From contig NC_089429.1 in assembly GCF_026210795.1 (NCBI RefSeq), forward strand, positions 6,882,001-6,946,000: a stretch of 64,000 nucleotides of DNA, given 5' to 3'. Positions 1 to 13,864 of the stretch are shown one piece after another. This DNA comes from Rhizophagus irregularis. Taxonomy: Eukaryota. The first letter of the stretch is position 1; the number at the start of each line of letters is the position of its first letter. The notes under the pieces were generated by a model. The model was not told where the DNA came from. It worked only from the letters and a program-made list of their open reading frames with translations, and did no database searches. The translations under genes were made by a program, and so were the position numbers.

Positions 1-3000
1 AATAATATCGTAAGGAAAGGAGATTAGGATGAGGGTTAGGAAGGAGAATTAGCGTGTGATTATAGTGTAAGGGAAGGATATTAGGATAAAAGAGCTCCAA
101 ATGGAAATGAAATCGAGTTTAAACATTTCCATGCAAAAACATGAATAGTCAATAGATTTAATTGACACTAGTATTAGAGGAAATGGCGCTTAAGCTTCCT
201 TCTTGTTAGGAGTTTTGGATGAGTCAAATTCATCAAATTACCCATTAAATTGCTAGAATTTGTAGTGTATTTTAATCCTTATTTTCATAAGATGAGTAAA
301 TCGATTTTTGGTGTAGAGATGAGTTAATTGATTTTGGTGTAGAGCAGCAATTCCTTTACTCTACGAAAAAAGCATCTACTTGATATGATATCATTTCTAT
401 TGAATCTTCCTTGACAAATAAGTTCAATTTAGTTCTTGATTATCATAAAAATTATCATATAAATTATTATAATATTGACGTAACTTTGTTACGGTCGGTA
501 CCTCTAATGAAAAAAATCTGATAAATGATCATTTTTCTAGTTTTTATTCTGAAAAAATAAAAAAAATTGAGATTCAAATTTTCTTTAATAAATAATTAAT
601 AAATTGTTTTTTCTAAATATTTCAAAATTCACGTTTGATATCTTGAATAACATTTGATCACGGTAAAGCACGTGATCCCAGGTGTAAACAATAAATATGG
701 ATCCCTTGTTTGACTCAAAATGACGCGACTAAATAAATTATTCTGCGCCTTACCTGTCTTTGTTACCGAAATAAGAAATTATTTCTACATCAGATTTTTG
801 ATAAGGTCGTGATACTAGAAAATAAATCTAAATATAGAATACCTTAACCATATTAATAAACTTTTTTAAAAATACTTTCATCCGAATGGTAAAAATCATC
901 TGAAAGAATTAAAAAATTTTTACAAAAATTACAAAAATTGGGGACTTGAAGTACAACAAAAATTTACGCCAGGACACGGGAACCGGGGACATAGCTGAAA
1001 AAGTAAAGACTTATCCTTTTTGATTATGCACATGCGTGGTCATGAGAATCATTTGAAAATAATATGCATAGTATTAACTTGTTTTAATTCAAACAATTTT
1101 TTTTTATCAATCATAACCTTATTATCGGATAAAGATACGAATTTTACCTTATGCTACAAAGAATATTTTCAATTTTCATGGGGAGTTGGAAATAATAGGG
1201 GTTTTTTCCCGTTCACAGAATCATTTTTCTGGATTATCTGACCCTCTCCTACTAATTAGTATTCATTAGTATATATCATTCATATTGATAATTTTTTTTT
1301 TACTTATTTTAAAATCTTCTCTTAAATTTTCCAGTTTAGACTTGGCGATGAATATATTTTAAGAATCCTTTCTTTTGACATGTATTTTTATCTTTGCCTT
1401 GAATATTTTATTTCTTCTAAAATAGATTTTTAAATGTTACATTTTTTTAATGTTTTGGATTTTTTAAGTGTTAATAACTAAAATATTATTCATAAAACAT
1501 CAGTATAAAGTCTAAAACCGGTTTAGAATATATTAGTCTTCATAATTATATGTGAGATATGCATGTCAATTTAAATAGGGTTAGCATTAAAAGATTTTCG
1601 TTGCGCCAACACATACTGTATATATATATTGTGGACAAGTTGTACAAGTTGTAAAAAATATTTTCACACGGAATTTGAAATATGTAACATAATTTACATA
1701 AATAGTTAATTGAATAAAAAACATATCACATTTTAAGAAATTGGTTACATAACTTGATTTGAATATACTATTTTAATTTTTTTGTATATAAATGTACATA
1801 TATGTATTATATATGTACATATACAAAAAAAATTAAAAATTTTCATCTTTGCTTTTTTGCTTTTGATATCGTAATTTATACGTATAGAGCCTTAACTTTT
1901 ATAAATTTTTTAACCTTCATTATGCCATACATGAGTTTTAGTAATAAACTATTATTAAATTTTATTAAACCTTAAACACTAAATGACAAAACCGTTTATT
2001 ATTTAATTCCAGTTAAGTCGGTAGGCCTTTCTTCCTTTTTCCCCCTTCTTTTCTTTTTGTACGCACTCGCGCAAATGTGCAGGGTGTTGGTACCTAACTT
2101 CCTAATTATTGTGATAAAATACTATTAGGAGAGAACCAATATCCATATATATAAATAGTTCAAATTTAAATTTTATTTTTAAATGATTTTTTTTTTAACT
2201 TTATTTATAAATGAAATAAAGTTATAATTGATTAAAATTTAATTGAAATACCAAAAAGGTTATTTGTAATAACCAATAAGCCATATAACGCATTTATTAT
2301 ACACTTCATTACAATGCTCTATCCTACATGACTACAACCCTACAATCAATATTGATTAAATTATTAGAAGTGGGGTCACAAAACTATGAAAGAAAGGAGA
2401 AACAACACAACAAACGGCAGGAAATTTACTAATATCAGACATTTTAGACAAGTAAGTCATCTTATATGAAGGTTTCATAAGAATCTAGCGTAGAGAAAGT
2501 CATTTTTTTTTAATTTACATTCGTTTAATTTTTTTTTTCTTTTTTTTAAACGTCCACTTTATCACCAACAGCTAGTCTTATCGCTTCTTTACAAGCGATC
2601 ACATGATGATTCTTGGTTTAATTTTTGGACGAAACGAAGAGTCAAATTTACACCAAGTGAAGTGAAGTAATTTCAATAATCGATTGTGATGAAGCAGGTA
2701 AATATTTTAGGTTAATCAGGAATCAGGTTAATCACATTTTATATTTTATACAAATATCTACTTTTATTTTTAGAAATTAATATATTGGGAGTGTTCTGTA
2801 TGTATCATATTACAGACTATTAATTCTTGGGATCATGTATTAAATCTGAGCTCACCGATAGTGGATCAGTATCGGTATAGCAGGTACTAAATAAATATCA
2901 CCTTTAATTTTATCTCAAATTAATCAAGACCATTTGCAATTTTATTAAATTAAACTTCTACCACTTCCTCAGAATTTAATGGTAAAAGTGTCCTTAGAAG

Positions 3001-3706
3001 TTGCGTCTTCTTGAAAGAAAACTTCATACTAGGCAATGACAAAAATTTTATATCATACCAATAAAGTTTCATTTGCAACTAAACAGGTAAATATTATAAT
3101 TCAAGGATGATTTGTTAATCGTACTTTATATTTACACAAGCGTATTTAAATATATTGACCTGTCTCTATCATATCCTCTAGTCAACCGTAGATTCTCACA
3201 TTCATGTTGAATGATTTAATCTACAGGTACGGTAAAGCACATGCTCTCTTTCATGCTATCAGGCTAGGGATACTTGCAAAAGAGCAATCATATCAAGATA
3301 TCTTGTACAACGTTTGATGATGCAAGATTGTTAGCATTATCATTCTTAGTAGCAATCGAGGCAATAAAAGTAGAAAAACTTATCTGAGCTAAGAACGACT
3401 GGAAAGGATATGGGAGATAATACGACATAACGAGTTTATATCTAAGCATCCAGCAATCCACGATAAACTTTCGTATCGAGTAAAAAAAAGGAATTCAAAA
3501 CAAGTTTATATCATGTGATTTTTACATTACGTGAATTTTTTTGGAGAAACAAAAATTTGTCATTCTTCTATTTGTATTTTTACATTATTTTCATTTCATT
3601 TTATTTTATTTTTCATTAATTTTTTTTAATAAAAATTTAGCATTTGAAATCATTTTAGATAAAGGAAAAGTACCGTCAGTTTGATTAGTTTGATTATGGT
3701 CAAAAA

Positions 3707-3848
3707 AATTAAGAATCTTATAAGAAAATATTATTATGCTAAAATTAAGGTATTTAAGATAATTAAGAAACTTATAAGAAAATATTGTTATGTTAAAATT
3801 AAGATATATAAGATCATAAACTTCAATTAAGAATCTTATAAGAAAAAT
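3707..3848. repeat. Short tandem repeat (~55 bp unit, 2-3 degenerate copies)
   Basis: AATTAAGAA(T/A)CTTATAAGAAAA recurs three times, and the first two are followed by similar sequence. Confidence 0.6.
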
Positions 3849-4473
3849 AAAACTATAGATATTTCACGTATTTCATTGTGGTAAAAATATATTTTTTTTA
3901 ATTGGGATAATTATTGTTACATGTACGCCCTGCCCTATTCATCAAATTTATCAAATTTTCTAGAAATTTTTCTTGTATAATTATCCTCAGTGGCTCAGTC
4001 CCAATAAATCAGAGGAGCCTTTTATTTTAATAATCTTAATACGTAATATAACATTTTATTATAATAAAGTTATAAATGGGAGTAGATGGACTTTTTAAAT
4101 AATAAAGTCTTTTATGATAAGAGGAGATCGGATAACATTATAGTAAATGAGCTTCTAAAAGTAAAAAGAATAATTCGGAGTTTACGAATCATGAATGTTT
4201 CATTAGATAAAAACATTCGTTAATCCAATTAATTAAAGATCAAATTTAAAATTAATATACGTAATATACTGTATTTACAAATATTTTAAATTAATGGCAC
4301 CTACTCTCATTTTTGTTGTTTCTCCATAAATTCATTCATTCATTCAAATATTTGAAATATTTGGCTATTATGATAGTCTCCAGCTCCGGAAGATGGTTTA
4401 TTAATTTTGTAGCCTTTTCTTTTAGGTATTTTATAAACTCGAAAATAAATCTGATGTTGTCGGTGATGTTATT

Positions 4474-4817
4474 CCCTATAAAAAAAAAATTCTTTAAAAT
4501 GTACTTAAAATATACTTATGTATTTTTTAAAATATACTTAAAATATACTTATATATTTTAAAATATACCTAAAATATACTCAACATTTTAAAATATACTT
4601 AAAATATACTTAAAATTGCAATTTTAAGTATATTTAAAGTATAAAATTTTGCACTTAAATTATACTTAAATTATATTTAAATTGCAATTAAGTATATTTT
4701 AAATGTAATTTAAGTATAAAATTTTATACTTTAAATATACTTAAAATTGCAATTTTAAGTATATTATAAGTACATTTACATTTTAAGTATATTTTAAAGA
4801 AATTTTTTTTCATAGGG
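4474..4817. mobile_element. CCCTATA-ended non-autonomous TIR element (CMC/CACTA-like MITE)
   Basis: CCCTATAAAAAAAAAATTCTTTAAAAT ... ATTTTAAAGAAATTTTTTTTCATAGGG; ATT on both sides (3-bp TSD); interior is a quasi-palindrome of AAAATATACTT repeats. Confidence 0.85.
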
Positions 4818-6800
4818 ATTGCGAAGATGAAATATAAGGCGTTTTAAATGAGAAATGAATATAAGGCTGAGAAAACGAAATATCTAGATTTTCGTAACCG
4901 GCTCGCGTCAATTTTTGCGTCCGCATCATCTAAAATTTTATTTACCCGGTCTAAGGTAAGTGTTTTATTTATTTATTTACTTACTATTATCATTATTTTT
5001 TTTTAATAGAAGGTCTAAATAGGCCAAAAAATGTGGTATTAAATAACAAATTTTGTAAACTATAATTTGTAACATTACTAGCTAATTAATGTCAAAAATA
5101 GTATATTAGGTTACGAAATGTGAAACTACAATAATATGTAGTCAATAGTAAAGTTTTTCCAGAATGTTAAAATTCCACAGGCGCTTGAGTTCGCCACTTA
5201 CCATAATCTTTGACACGTAGATTGGAGAGCTGAATTTTCTTCTTTTTCTTAATGTTTTATTTTATCTTTATACAAATTGATACATCTTTTAATGAATCTG
5301 AAAACTGATCTAAAAAAAAAAATTCCGCTGGTACTTTATGAACCAGAAATTAACCTGCAAAACAATATAAAAAACTTCAAGTCTCACATTTTTTTTATTT
5401 TCCTCTCACTTTCAACTTTTTACTTCAAATTTAATGAAATTAGTCATGAACCAGAAGCAAGTTAGTTGTACAAATTTAATTCAAACAAAGATTTTTTTTA
5501 AAATTTTATTTAGATAATTTACCTAATGGGGTGGAGAAGCGGTAGATTATAAAATGATTAAACAACTTAGAAACCAAAAATAACTCCAATAACGATAAAT
5601 GGTTCTGAGTAGAGCAACAAGTTTACAAGTATAGTAAATACAACTGATAATTATTATAAAATTTAAAAGCTCCAATACGGTATCAATTGTGGAAACTAAC
5701 GAAGAATGAAATGTTTGCAGCTAGATATTATATTGAAGAAATTAAGGAGAATATTAGAGAAAGAGGCAAAGAGTGAGGTAGAGGAATGGGCCATAGTTGT
5801 ATTATGTATTCATATGATAAACTATCTTCGCCCATACCAGGATTATTTGCCATATCGCTTGCTTACCCATTTCTGAGCCCTTACTCAACCATCATATAAT
5901 ATACACATGACTTATGAGCTAGCTTTTGCCCCGTCATTAAGAATAATGCGTTCCATACTAGGCCAGAAGTTGAGTAGCACCAGAGGGGTTCGACTGTTTG
6001 AATGTTATGAGGTCGGTCATAATAAATTGGTAAATTAAGTTTTTCTAATTACATAATCTTCATCTGCACTTTCTTTCAATATTATACAACATCCTAAGCA
6101 CTTATATGAATTTACAATAAATTTATTATCAACTTAATTTATTAACGCCCTAGTCAATTTTTGGTCTTTTTTTTTTCTTTAGAGCAAATTAAATAATTGT
6201 TAACAGAGAAGGTTTGCATTTGGAAGATTTTAACATTAACAATAAAGAAATTTAAAAATTTTGCTGGAAACATTAATATATGCTGGTATTTTTTAATCGA
6301 TTTTCAAAATATATATTTAAAAAAAATGAACCATGTAATATGTCATTATAAACATTTGGAAAAATAGAGTATCTAAAGAAATGATGAGCTCCAAATTTTT
6401 GGTAAATTGCAGGCAAATTTTCCTGCGTTTAAGATTCAAAATAAACCATATTTACCATCTTAAAAGCATTGCGATATGATGACCTTTTTTTTGTCTCCCT
6501 TACTTTAAAATTGCACAAATGTAATATCCCTTATCTAATCTAATATCCTTTACCATAATTTTTTTTTTTTTTAAAAAAAAAATGAGTCATAGTAGTGAAA
6601 CAAGTATTTTTTTTAACAAATTAATTAATTATAAATCAGCCGTATCAAAAATTTTAATCCGAAGTCTTTTTTTATTCATAAATTTTAACAAAAGCAAGGA
6701 AAAAAAAGAACCGATCTAAATTTTAATGTTACATAAATGTCTGACTAATTAATTAATTATAGCTTTTCAAAAATCGATAAACAGATTAGGCAAAAACAGC

Positions 6801-7114
6801 CAGTAACAAAAGCAATGGCACCATTTATTTAACAATAACAAGTAAATGATAATATAATTTTCTTTTTTTCAAAAACAACAATAAATGAAGGTTTCTTAAT
6901 AATAACGCGTTTTATGACAAACCGCTTTTTTTATGTAATTGTCCCGTTTGTTCCATTTAAGCAAATTTATTTTTAGGAATACAGTAACAAAAGCAATGGT
7001 GTCATTTATTTAACAATAATTTCAAAACAACAACAATACGCGTTTGATGACAAAACTCTTTTTTTTATGTAATTGTTCCATTTGTTCCGTTTAAGCAAAT
7101 TTATTTTTAGGAAT
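6801..7114. repeat. Tandem duplication (~180 bp, then a shorter ~130 bp copy)
   Basis: CAGTAACAAAAGCAATGG...GCAAATTTATTTTTAGGAAT is present twice head to tail. Confidence 0.8.
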
Positions 7115-8712
7115 TCGAAAAGAAAAATAATATCATTAATCTGTTAATAAAAATTTCTTATAAAAAAGACTGAAAATTCCTAGCGAAATAGAAAAAAATT
7201 TTATTTTATTTAAAAAAAAAGAAAAACAAAAAAAATAATCCAAAAATCAAAAATCAAACACGAACATTTATACAAAATTCACTCTCACTCCAAAATTCTA
7301 ATGTGAAGAAGAAAGTATGATACTAGTATGAATAAGCTCTTAGCTCATCATAAGAAAATGGAAATAATTACAATATATAAGAAATATATGTCTCTATTCT
7401 TTTAGTATAATAGTTTTATTTTTTGTATTATCTAAATTTGAGAATTCCAACTGCAGCAGCCATAACATATGGTGGTTTTAAAATTATTTATAATGTTTAA
7501 TAATGAGATAATATATGATCAACTTATAGCAATTGATGGAATTTCTACTAAATAAATCAATAGTAAAAGGGCTAGTTGAACTTTAGGCTAATATCCTGTT
7601 CTTGATTTCCACTGCATAAATTAATGGATCATAATAGATTTTCCGCAGTAAGTAAAGGTGGCAATTTCTATTCAATCTAATTCTGAATAGGGTCTGATAA
7701 AAATATTTATCCATAGTAAAACGTACATGAATGTAAGGATGCAATATCATCCCATAATTCAAGTATAATCAATAAAATTGAACCATTGCTATGATAAACT
7801 TGAGAATCAGTTTATATATGTTCCAGTTTGTATATGTTCCTGTTCCACATATTTTAAGGTGAAGTCACAGTAAGAGTGATGGTATCTAACATATTTATTC
7901 AGACAAACTTGTAAGAGTGTTTTGTAACTTACAAGGAACCAAATGTCTGAATTCAAATATGAGTGAAAATTTATACATTCGCTTATATTAGAGAAATAAG
8001 AATAAATTCCTTTACTATAGTTTTGTAATGCGCAAAATATGGTGTTTCATTTGCAGCTTCTTCTAAAGCTAAGTGTAACGATGTGCAACACAATGTATTG
8101 ATGTAATAAAATTATTAAGTTTTTTTGGTTGTAATTAAAATCTTAAATGAAGTCACTAGTCTTGGCTTGAGTCTTGGTGAAAAGATTTTCTCCTCAAAAG
8201 ACATGGTGTCATTAAATCAGACATTTGTTATAAAAAGTATATACCAATTATTCATATATATTTACTTTGCTTTTTTCTTAATGACTTAATTTGTAAAATC
8301 CTAATTTAACAAAATTCTGTAAATTATTACATTAAAGCCTATGAATTTACATGGCTAGTTTGTGCACATTTTTTACCAACAATTCAATTAATTTAGACAA
8401 GTGCTACTGATAGTACTATAATTACTCTAGGTTGTGGATAACAAATAGGGTGATCAATAATGTATCTAATAAGATGTCATACTAGTTAAATTTCTTGCAA
8501 TATTCTTCCTAAACTTTTGCTAGTGTATAGGAGGATAGTATATTAGCTCTTAAGATAAATACTGATGCAAAAAAACTATTTATTGATGATAATTAAATGG
8601 TTTGCTTTGTTCTTTAGAGATAAAATCATGTATATTATCAAGAATATGTAGTATTCCAAATATGATTAATAAAAGAGAACAAGGTCTGTTTTCAAATCTA
8701 AATTATTTTCTT

Positions 8713-9062
8713 CTTGACACTTCTCTTAATAAATTTTTAATACTAGTTATAACTAGTATATATGGTTTTTTCAAAAAAATAAAATCTTATTTAGAATTAA
8801 ACACTTTATTTGCTGTTTCCTTACTGTAATATCTTCTTTTAAATTTTTTATTTCCTCCATCAAATTTTTTATTTCGCAATCCTTTTCTACAGTATTTTCT
8901 CTCAAATTATTTATTTATTGACTTTTTTCTATGATATCGCCTTCAGTTGATTTTCTTGTTCATTAAAATTAAAGTACTTGACACTTCTCTTAATAAAATT
9001 TTAACACTAGTTATAACTAGTATATATGATTTTTTTTTAAAAAAATAAAATCTTATTTAGAA
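8713..9062. repeat. Direct duplication of ~85 bp
   Basis: CTTGACACTTCTCTTAATAAA...AAAATAAAATCTTATTTAGAA at ~8713 and ~8977. Confidence 0.75.
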
Positions 9063-9786
9063 ATTAAGATACTTTGTTAATATCTGTAAAATATTTTGAT
9101 ATTTTTGTGAAATTTGTAGTGTTTATTTCAATCTTATTGAATAGCCACTAAATCCATTTATTAATTTGGCTTTTAAGTAATATAATAAATATTTGCATGA
9201 TACATTATTAGTGTAATGCTTATATTACATGTGTATTATTACAAATATGGGTTTGTAAAATAAAAGGGTATATGTATAGAAGTGATTTCAAGTGTTGTTA
9301 AGAAAATTTCTTGCTAAATAAAGAATGTTTCTAAATGTAAACCAAATGAAAACTTTAATAATAATGAGTAAGAGAATTTCTTTTATATTACAATATACAA
9401 TAATATGTATGAAATAGTATTTGAAGGATGTTCATATTGAAAAAGTATTCATTTTTAAAATATTGTGTGAATTTATTTGATATTTACTAGTATTTTAATA
9501 GTATTTTAAGACTTGGAATTATATATTATTTATGGAATGTACGTTCCTTTTTTTTTAAAAAAAAAAAAAATCTAATCTAAAAGGGGGAGAAGGGAAAAGT
9601 CTGATCAGAAAAAAATTTCATGGTTGATTAAATACTTTCTAAATGAGGTCAAGATGAAATAATATGGCTTATGATGTTTATTTATTTGCATTTGTTGATG
9701 GCTTTGGTAATGGCTTTTGTAGTGGCTTTGTCTTCGGGCTTTGCATGATTTTGTAAAAAGAGAAAATTAATAAGGGCTATTATGTA

Positions 9787-10244
9787 CACAGTGAAATTCA
9801 ATAAACCGGATCTATCGGTTCCACTAAAAATATCCGGTTTATCGGGATTTCTGGTATAGCGAAAAATTTTGACATATTGAAAAAAAATTTTCATGTTAAT
9901 AAAACTAATATACACTATATTTTAATTTTTTCATCTTAGTTTAAGTCATAGAGATAGAGGTCATGAAAATGAATATAGAATATTTTAATTAAATATATAA
10001 ATAATATATAACTCCAGCCAGAATTAAGATTTTTATAATTCAGGCCAAAATTAAGTTTTACCGCATCACGTTACTTAAATTTTATTGGTTCATGATCACT
10101 TGATCCGGTTTATCGAATCATTTTTACCATAGCTGGTTAGAAAATTGATCCGTTATAGCGAATATCGAGCTTTTACTAGTAAACTCCGGTATGTCGAAAC
10201 TATTTTAATATAATCGAAGATCCGGCTTATCGAATTTCATTGTG
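9787..10244. mobile_element. MITE with ~25-bp TIRs, TA-flanked
   Basis: CACAGTGAAATTCAATAAACCGGATCT ... AGATCCGGCTTATCGAATTTCATTGTG, with TA on each side and internal ATCCGGTTTATCG subterminal repeats. Confidence 0.8.
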
Positions 10245-11239
10245 TAATATCTATTTGTTATAAGTCTTAACCCTCACCCCAGATAATATATAAAATCTAT
10301 GTTACACTATATATATTAAGAACTTTAAAAAAATAAAAATAAATAATTTAAATATATTTTATTATTAATATTTTAGGGTGGGTAAAGTAACAAATATATG
10401 ATAAATAAAATAATACGCAACTTGGAATTAGAGGAAATTAGGATTAGAGGATATTAGGATTAGAGGATATTAGGAAAGGATAAATCTTTTCATTAAAAAA
10501 AAAAAATAATAAATTTTTTCACGTATCTCACATATCTCTAACATAAATCGAATTTTAATAATTATTTTAAAGATATAATAACGACTTTTGTATATCGATA
10601 TGTATAATATAAGTTGTGTATTTAAAAGATTTTTTCGCGCGAAATATAAAATATATGTCATTGATTTTTAGGGAAAAGAGAATTTAAGACGAATTTGGAG
10701 AGTATATTTTATGTTCTAAAGATTTAATATGAGTATATATAACTTATTATGCAAGTTTAATTATTTAATTGATCATTTGGAAAACAAAGATCGAGAATCA
10801 CAGTAATAATGTAGCGTTGCTATGTACACTATGTACACCACATAATGAACACCACATTGAGCTCTATTTTATTATTTAAGACGGTTAGTCGGCTCAAAAT
10901 CGGTTTCTACTCTAAACTTATTACCTGAACATTTATATAATAAAAAATATTCTTTCGTTCGTAAATATTTATATGATTCGCCTGACCACGAGAAATGAAT
11001 AATTTTATTTACTTGGTCTTATTATTCATTGTAGATATATTAAACAAGATCGTTTTCTAATAATATGAAATTTTTTGATGAACTTCCAAAATTAGGAAGA
11101 ATTTTATTATTTCATAAATAGATTACTGTCCATAATCTATGAAGCGAAGAGAAATAACTTAATTAGCTCGTGATCAGTTATCAGTCACGTTCACATAATA
11201 TGAGTTGGCGAATCTTTCGGGAAGTTTCATCTCAAACGA

Positions 11240-11660
11240 AATAATTCCAAATATATGTTATAAGACTGTAGGAGTGAATCAATGAAATTCTTTCAATTCA
11301 TATTATTTCATTCGAAACTTAGAACCAATCACGTATGGATATTAAAGTATCAATGCTGCTTTTGAACAGTTGTCCAATCGTACGTTCATCTAAATGGATG
11401 ATCTCTATAATGAGATCACAATTATAATTTTTTTATTTAAGAAAGTCAATAATATTCTTATCTCATTAAGTTATGGTAATCGAATCTCTTAAGATTATTG
11501 TTAATTGTTTCATTGTTCTTATTACAATTTGGCGCCTTTGATGAGTGTATGGATAAGGTTTATATAAACTTTATTGAAACAAGATATTTCTTTCATAAAG
11601 TTATAAATTGAGGTTTCCAGAATATTTGCTTTATATTCATTCAGTTGTGCTTCAAAAGAC
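11240..11660 (-). pseudogene. Possible degraded BTB/BACK-TLDc gene relic (second copy)
   Basis: Minus-strand peptide scraps (FYNF..FNKVY..PY; KEFH.FTPTV) resemble the BACK-TLDc linker of the AM-fungal BTB-TLDc family. Many stops. Confidence 0.3.
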
Positions 11661-12199
11661 AAAAACACTTAATATTTAGATTATGTTATCAATAATATCC
11701 GCTCTCATTAATTAAATACATTATTATTATCTGATATTCATGATCTATCAGATAAAAATAACAAAAATTATTTAATTGTTCATATATTTTATTATTTATA
11801 ATGTTGAATTAAAAAAATTTTTTAAATAAAATGATTTAAGGCGTGCGAGAAGCACTTCTTTTATAAGTAATACAGTAATAACACTATTATTACTATTATT
11901 AGTCATATTATTCGTAAGTTTAAGACTCAAAACATAACAAGAAGGATATCTTCAAAGTATCGCTGGAAAAACTTTATTGAAATTAAAGTTATTTCATTGC
12001 AAACCAGATCATATATATGTGCAGTACGTGGCTAAACTGGTGAAAGTTCAGGAAAAAAAGTTCGGTATATCTGTAACTATGTCACGTGAATCAGTATAAT
12101 AATCAAATTTACTAATTTATCAATGACTCCAGCGATAAAATTATGGTATCATCAATAAAAAAATCGTGCGGACGGTGACATGCTACAGTTACGTACATA

Positions 12200-12700
12200 T
12201 ATGATGGTAATGGTAGCAGGCCATAATTTATAGGAGTAAATCCATCTCGACTTCTTTTTAATAATAACTGAATGGAAAATTTATACGGTATATATAATTC
12301 TCTTAAATGAGTAAATTTATTATTATCTGCCATCTTGAATTAACTGAAACAATATTTAAATCGAATCAATATTCTAGTAATTTATAAGGACGGACTTTTT
12401 ATAGGAATTCTTATACAATAAACTAAAAAAATCTAATGTTGCAAATTATTTTCAATTGTTTAAATCATTATCTGACCAAGTATTAGAATCTAAAATAAGA
12501 GTTGGATTTGCAAAAAAATCTATTTTAATAAATATTCCCAAACTTCATCCCTTTTAATAAGTTGAACTAACTTAAATATTTTCTCTGGAGATTTGGCAAT
12601 TAAATATGTAAAATTGTTGGGTCGTAATAAATAATTTGATTGAAAAATGAAAACTTGTTTAAATAAAAAATACACATATGTATCTATTTTGATCCGATCA
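12200..12700 (-). pseudogene. Degraded BTB/BACK-TLDc domain gene
   Basis: ORF fragments LIAKSPEKIFK..LIKRDEVWEYLLK (BACK-like) and HLRELYIPYKF..LLLKRSRDGFTP (start of TLDc); frameshifted and truncated. Confidence 0.65.
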
Positions 12701-13216
12701 TCGATCCAACCTAAAAGGCGGCTAAAGGGCAAGAAAAAAATTAAATTAATTGCCGATCGATGATGGAAATGAAATGATTAATAATAATAAAACTTAACTT
12801 TTTTGAGACTGGATTCACACGGATTGGTTACGGAACATGCACATCACCTCGATAGCCAATCAAACTATTCTAACCATAACCAACACTTAACAAACACGTT
12901 TCATATTACACAATTCACGCAATTTTTTTTTTACAGATGTGCAATTTATTTATTTTTTTTTAATTTTTTTTTATTAACGATTCCTTTATTAATAAAATAT
13001 ATGACAAATCTTAATTTATTTTTGATGCGTTTTATATATTCTGTATCACATACAATTCCATAAATTGAAAATATTTTCAAGGTTCTTTGTCTCGATGTTA
13101 CAAAATTATTCTTTTTTGATAAATACAAAATCAAGATTTTTTTTTTTTTAACAGATAAAGCAAGGTTTTAAATTTTAATTATTTCATTCAATTATTTTTT
13201 TCGCATGTAGTAAATC

Positions 13217-13446
13217 AGGACCCAGAAATATATATAAAAGGATCAGGTTTGAGTTTGCGTATTTTGAACTAAAACATTCATGAAAATCTTTCTTTTTTTA
13301 TATAATTTTTGATAATTCCAGTCAGAATTTTATTTCCTATTATAGTAACCGACTGACATTATCATAATTCCGGCCCTGAAAAAATGCGTGCAGCTCATAG
13401 TAAAAAAATTTTTTCATCACCTGACCACTATATATTTCTGGGTCCT
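13217..13446. mobile_element. 230-bp MITE, AGGACCCAGAAATATA TIR, 8-bp TSD (copy 1)
   Basis: TIRs AGGACCCAGAAATATATA / TATATATTTCTGGGTCCT; AGTAAATC duplicated at 13209-13216 and 13447-13454; a second copy lies at 63608. Confidence 0.9.
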
Positions 13447-13864
13447 AGTAAATCATAAATATATTAACAATCTATATTTAGAGTTGACAATGATTGTTAA
13501 CAAATAATAAATTCGGTTAAGAATCTGAGCGCTAATACTTTTACATGAACTGCAAAATTCTTAAGATATGTAATCATAAGCATTGGTATATACAAGTTAT
13601 ACAAGTTTTGTCAATTTTGCCAATCTCTCATGCTTAGAAATAAGCATGTCTCACGTTTTAAGTTCAAGATGATTTTACGAATACTTTTCATTTTACGTTA
13701 ATTATCATTTGCAGATAAAACAAACAACATGGTTAATTTATTTATAGCACAAATAAAATGATCGTGGAGGATGTACATGTTTTCTGACAAACAAACAATC
13801 GGTATTAGGCTGTTGTTTATATTAATTAAATTAATTGATATGATCAACAAAATGTCTTTACTTT

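Noticed and set aside
1..120. TTAGG-containing tract as a telomeric repeat (also 10425-10485)
   Set aside because: Not tandem TTAGGG; irregular ATTAGGAT motifs are more likely repeat remnants.
2340..3480. Exon/intron-like degenerate coding region
   Set aside because: GT..AG-like segments are present, but no consistent frame or recognisable domain could be assembled by eye.
7270..8220. Possible minus-strand transposase relic
   Set aside because: Coding-like scraps (ATFTYCGKSI..QWKSRTGY) but too degraded to assign without a search.
9787..10244. CACAGTG/CACAATG termini resembling the RSS heptamer (Transib/RAG-like)
   Set aside because: No 5-bp TSD (ATGTA versus TAATA) and no nonamer; only TA flanks, so it is treated as an ordinary MITE.
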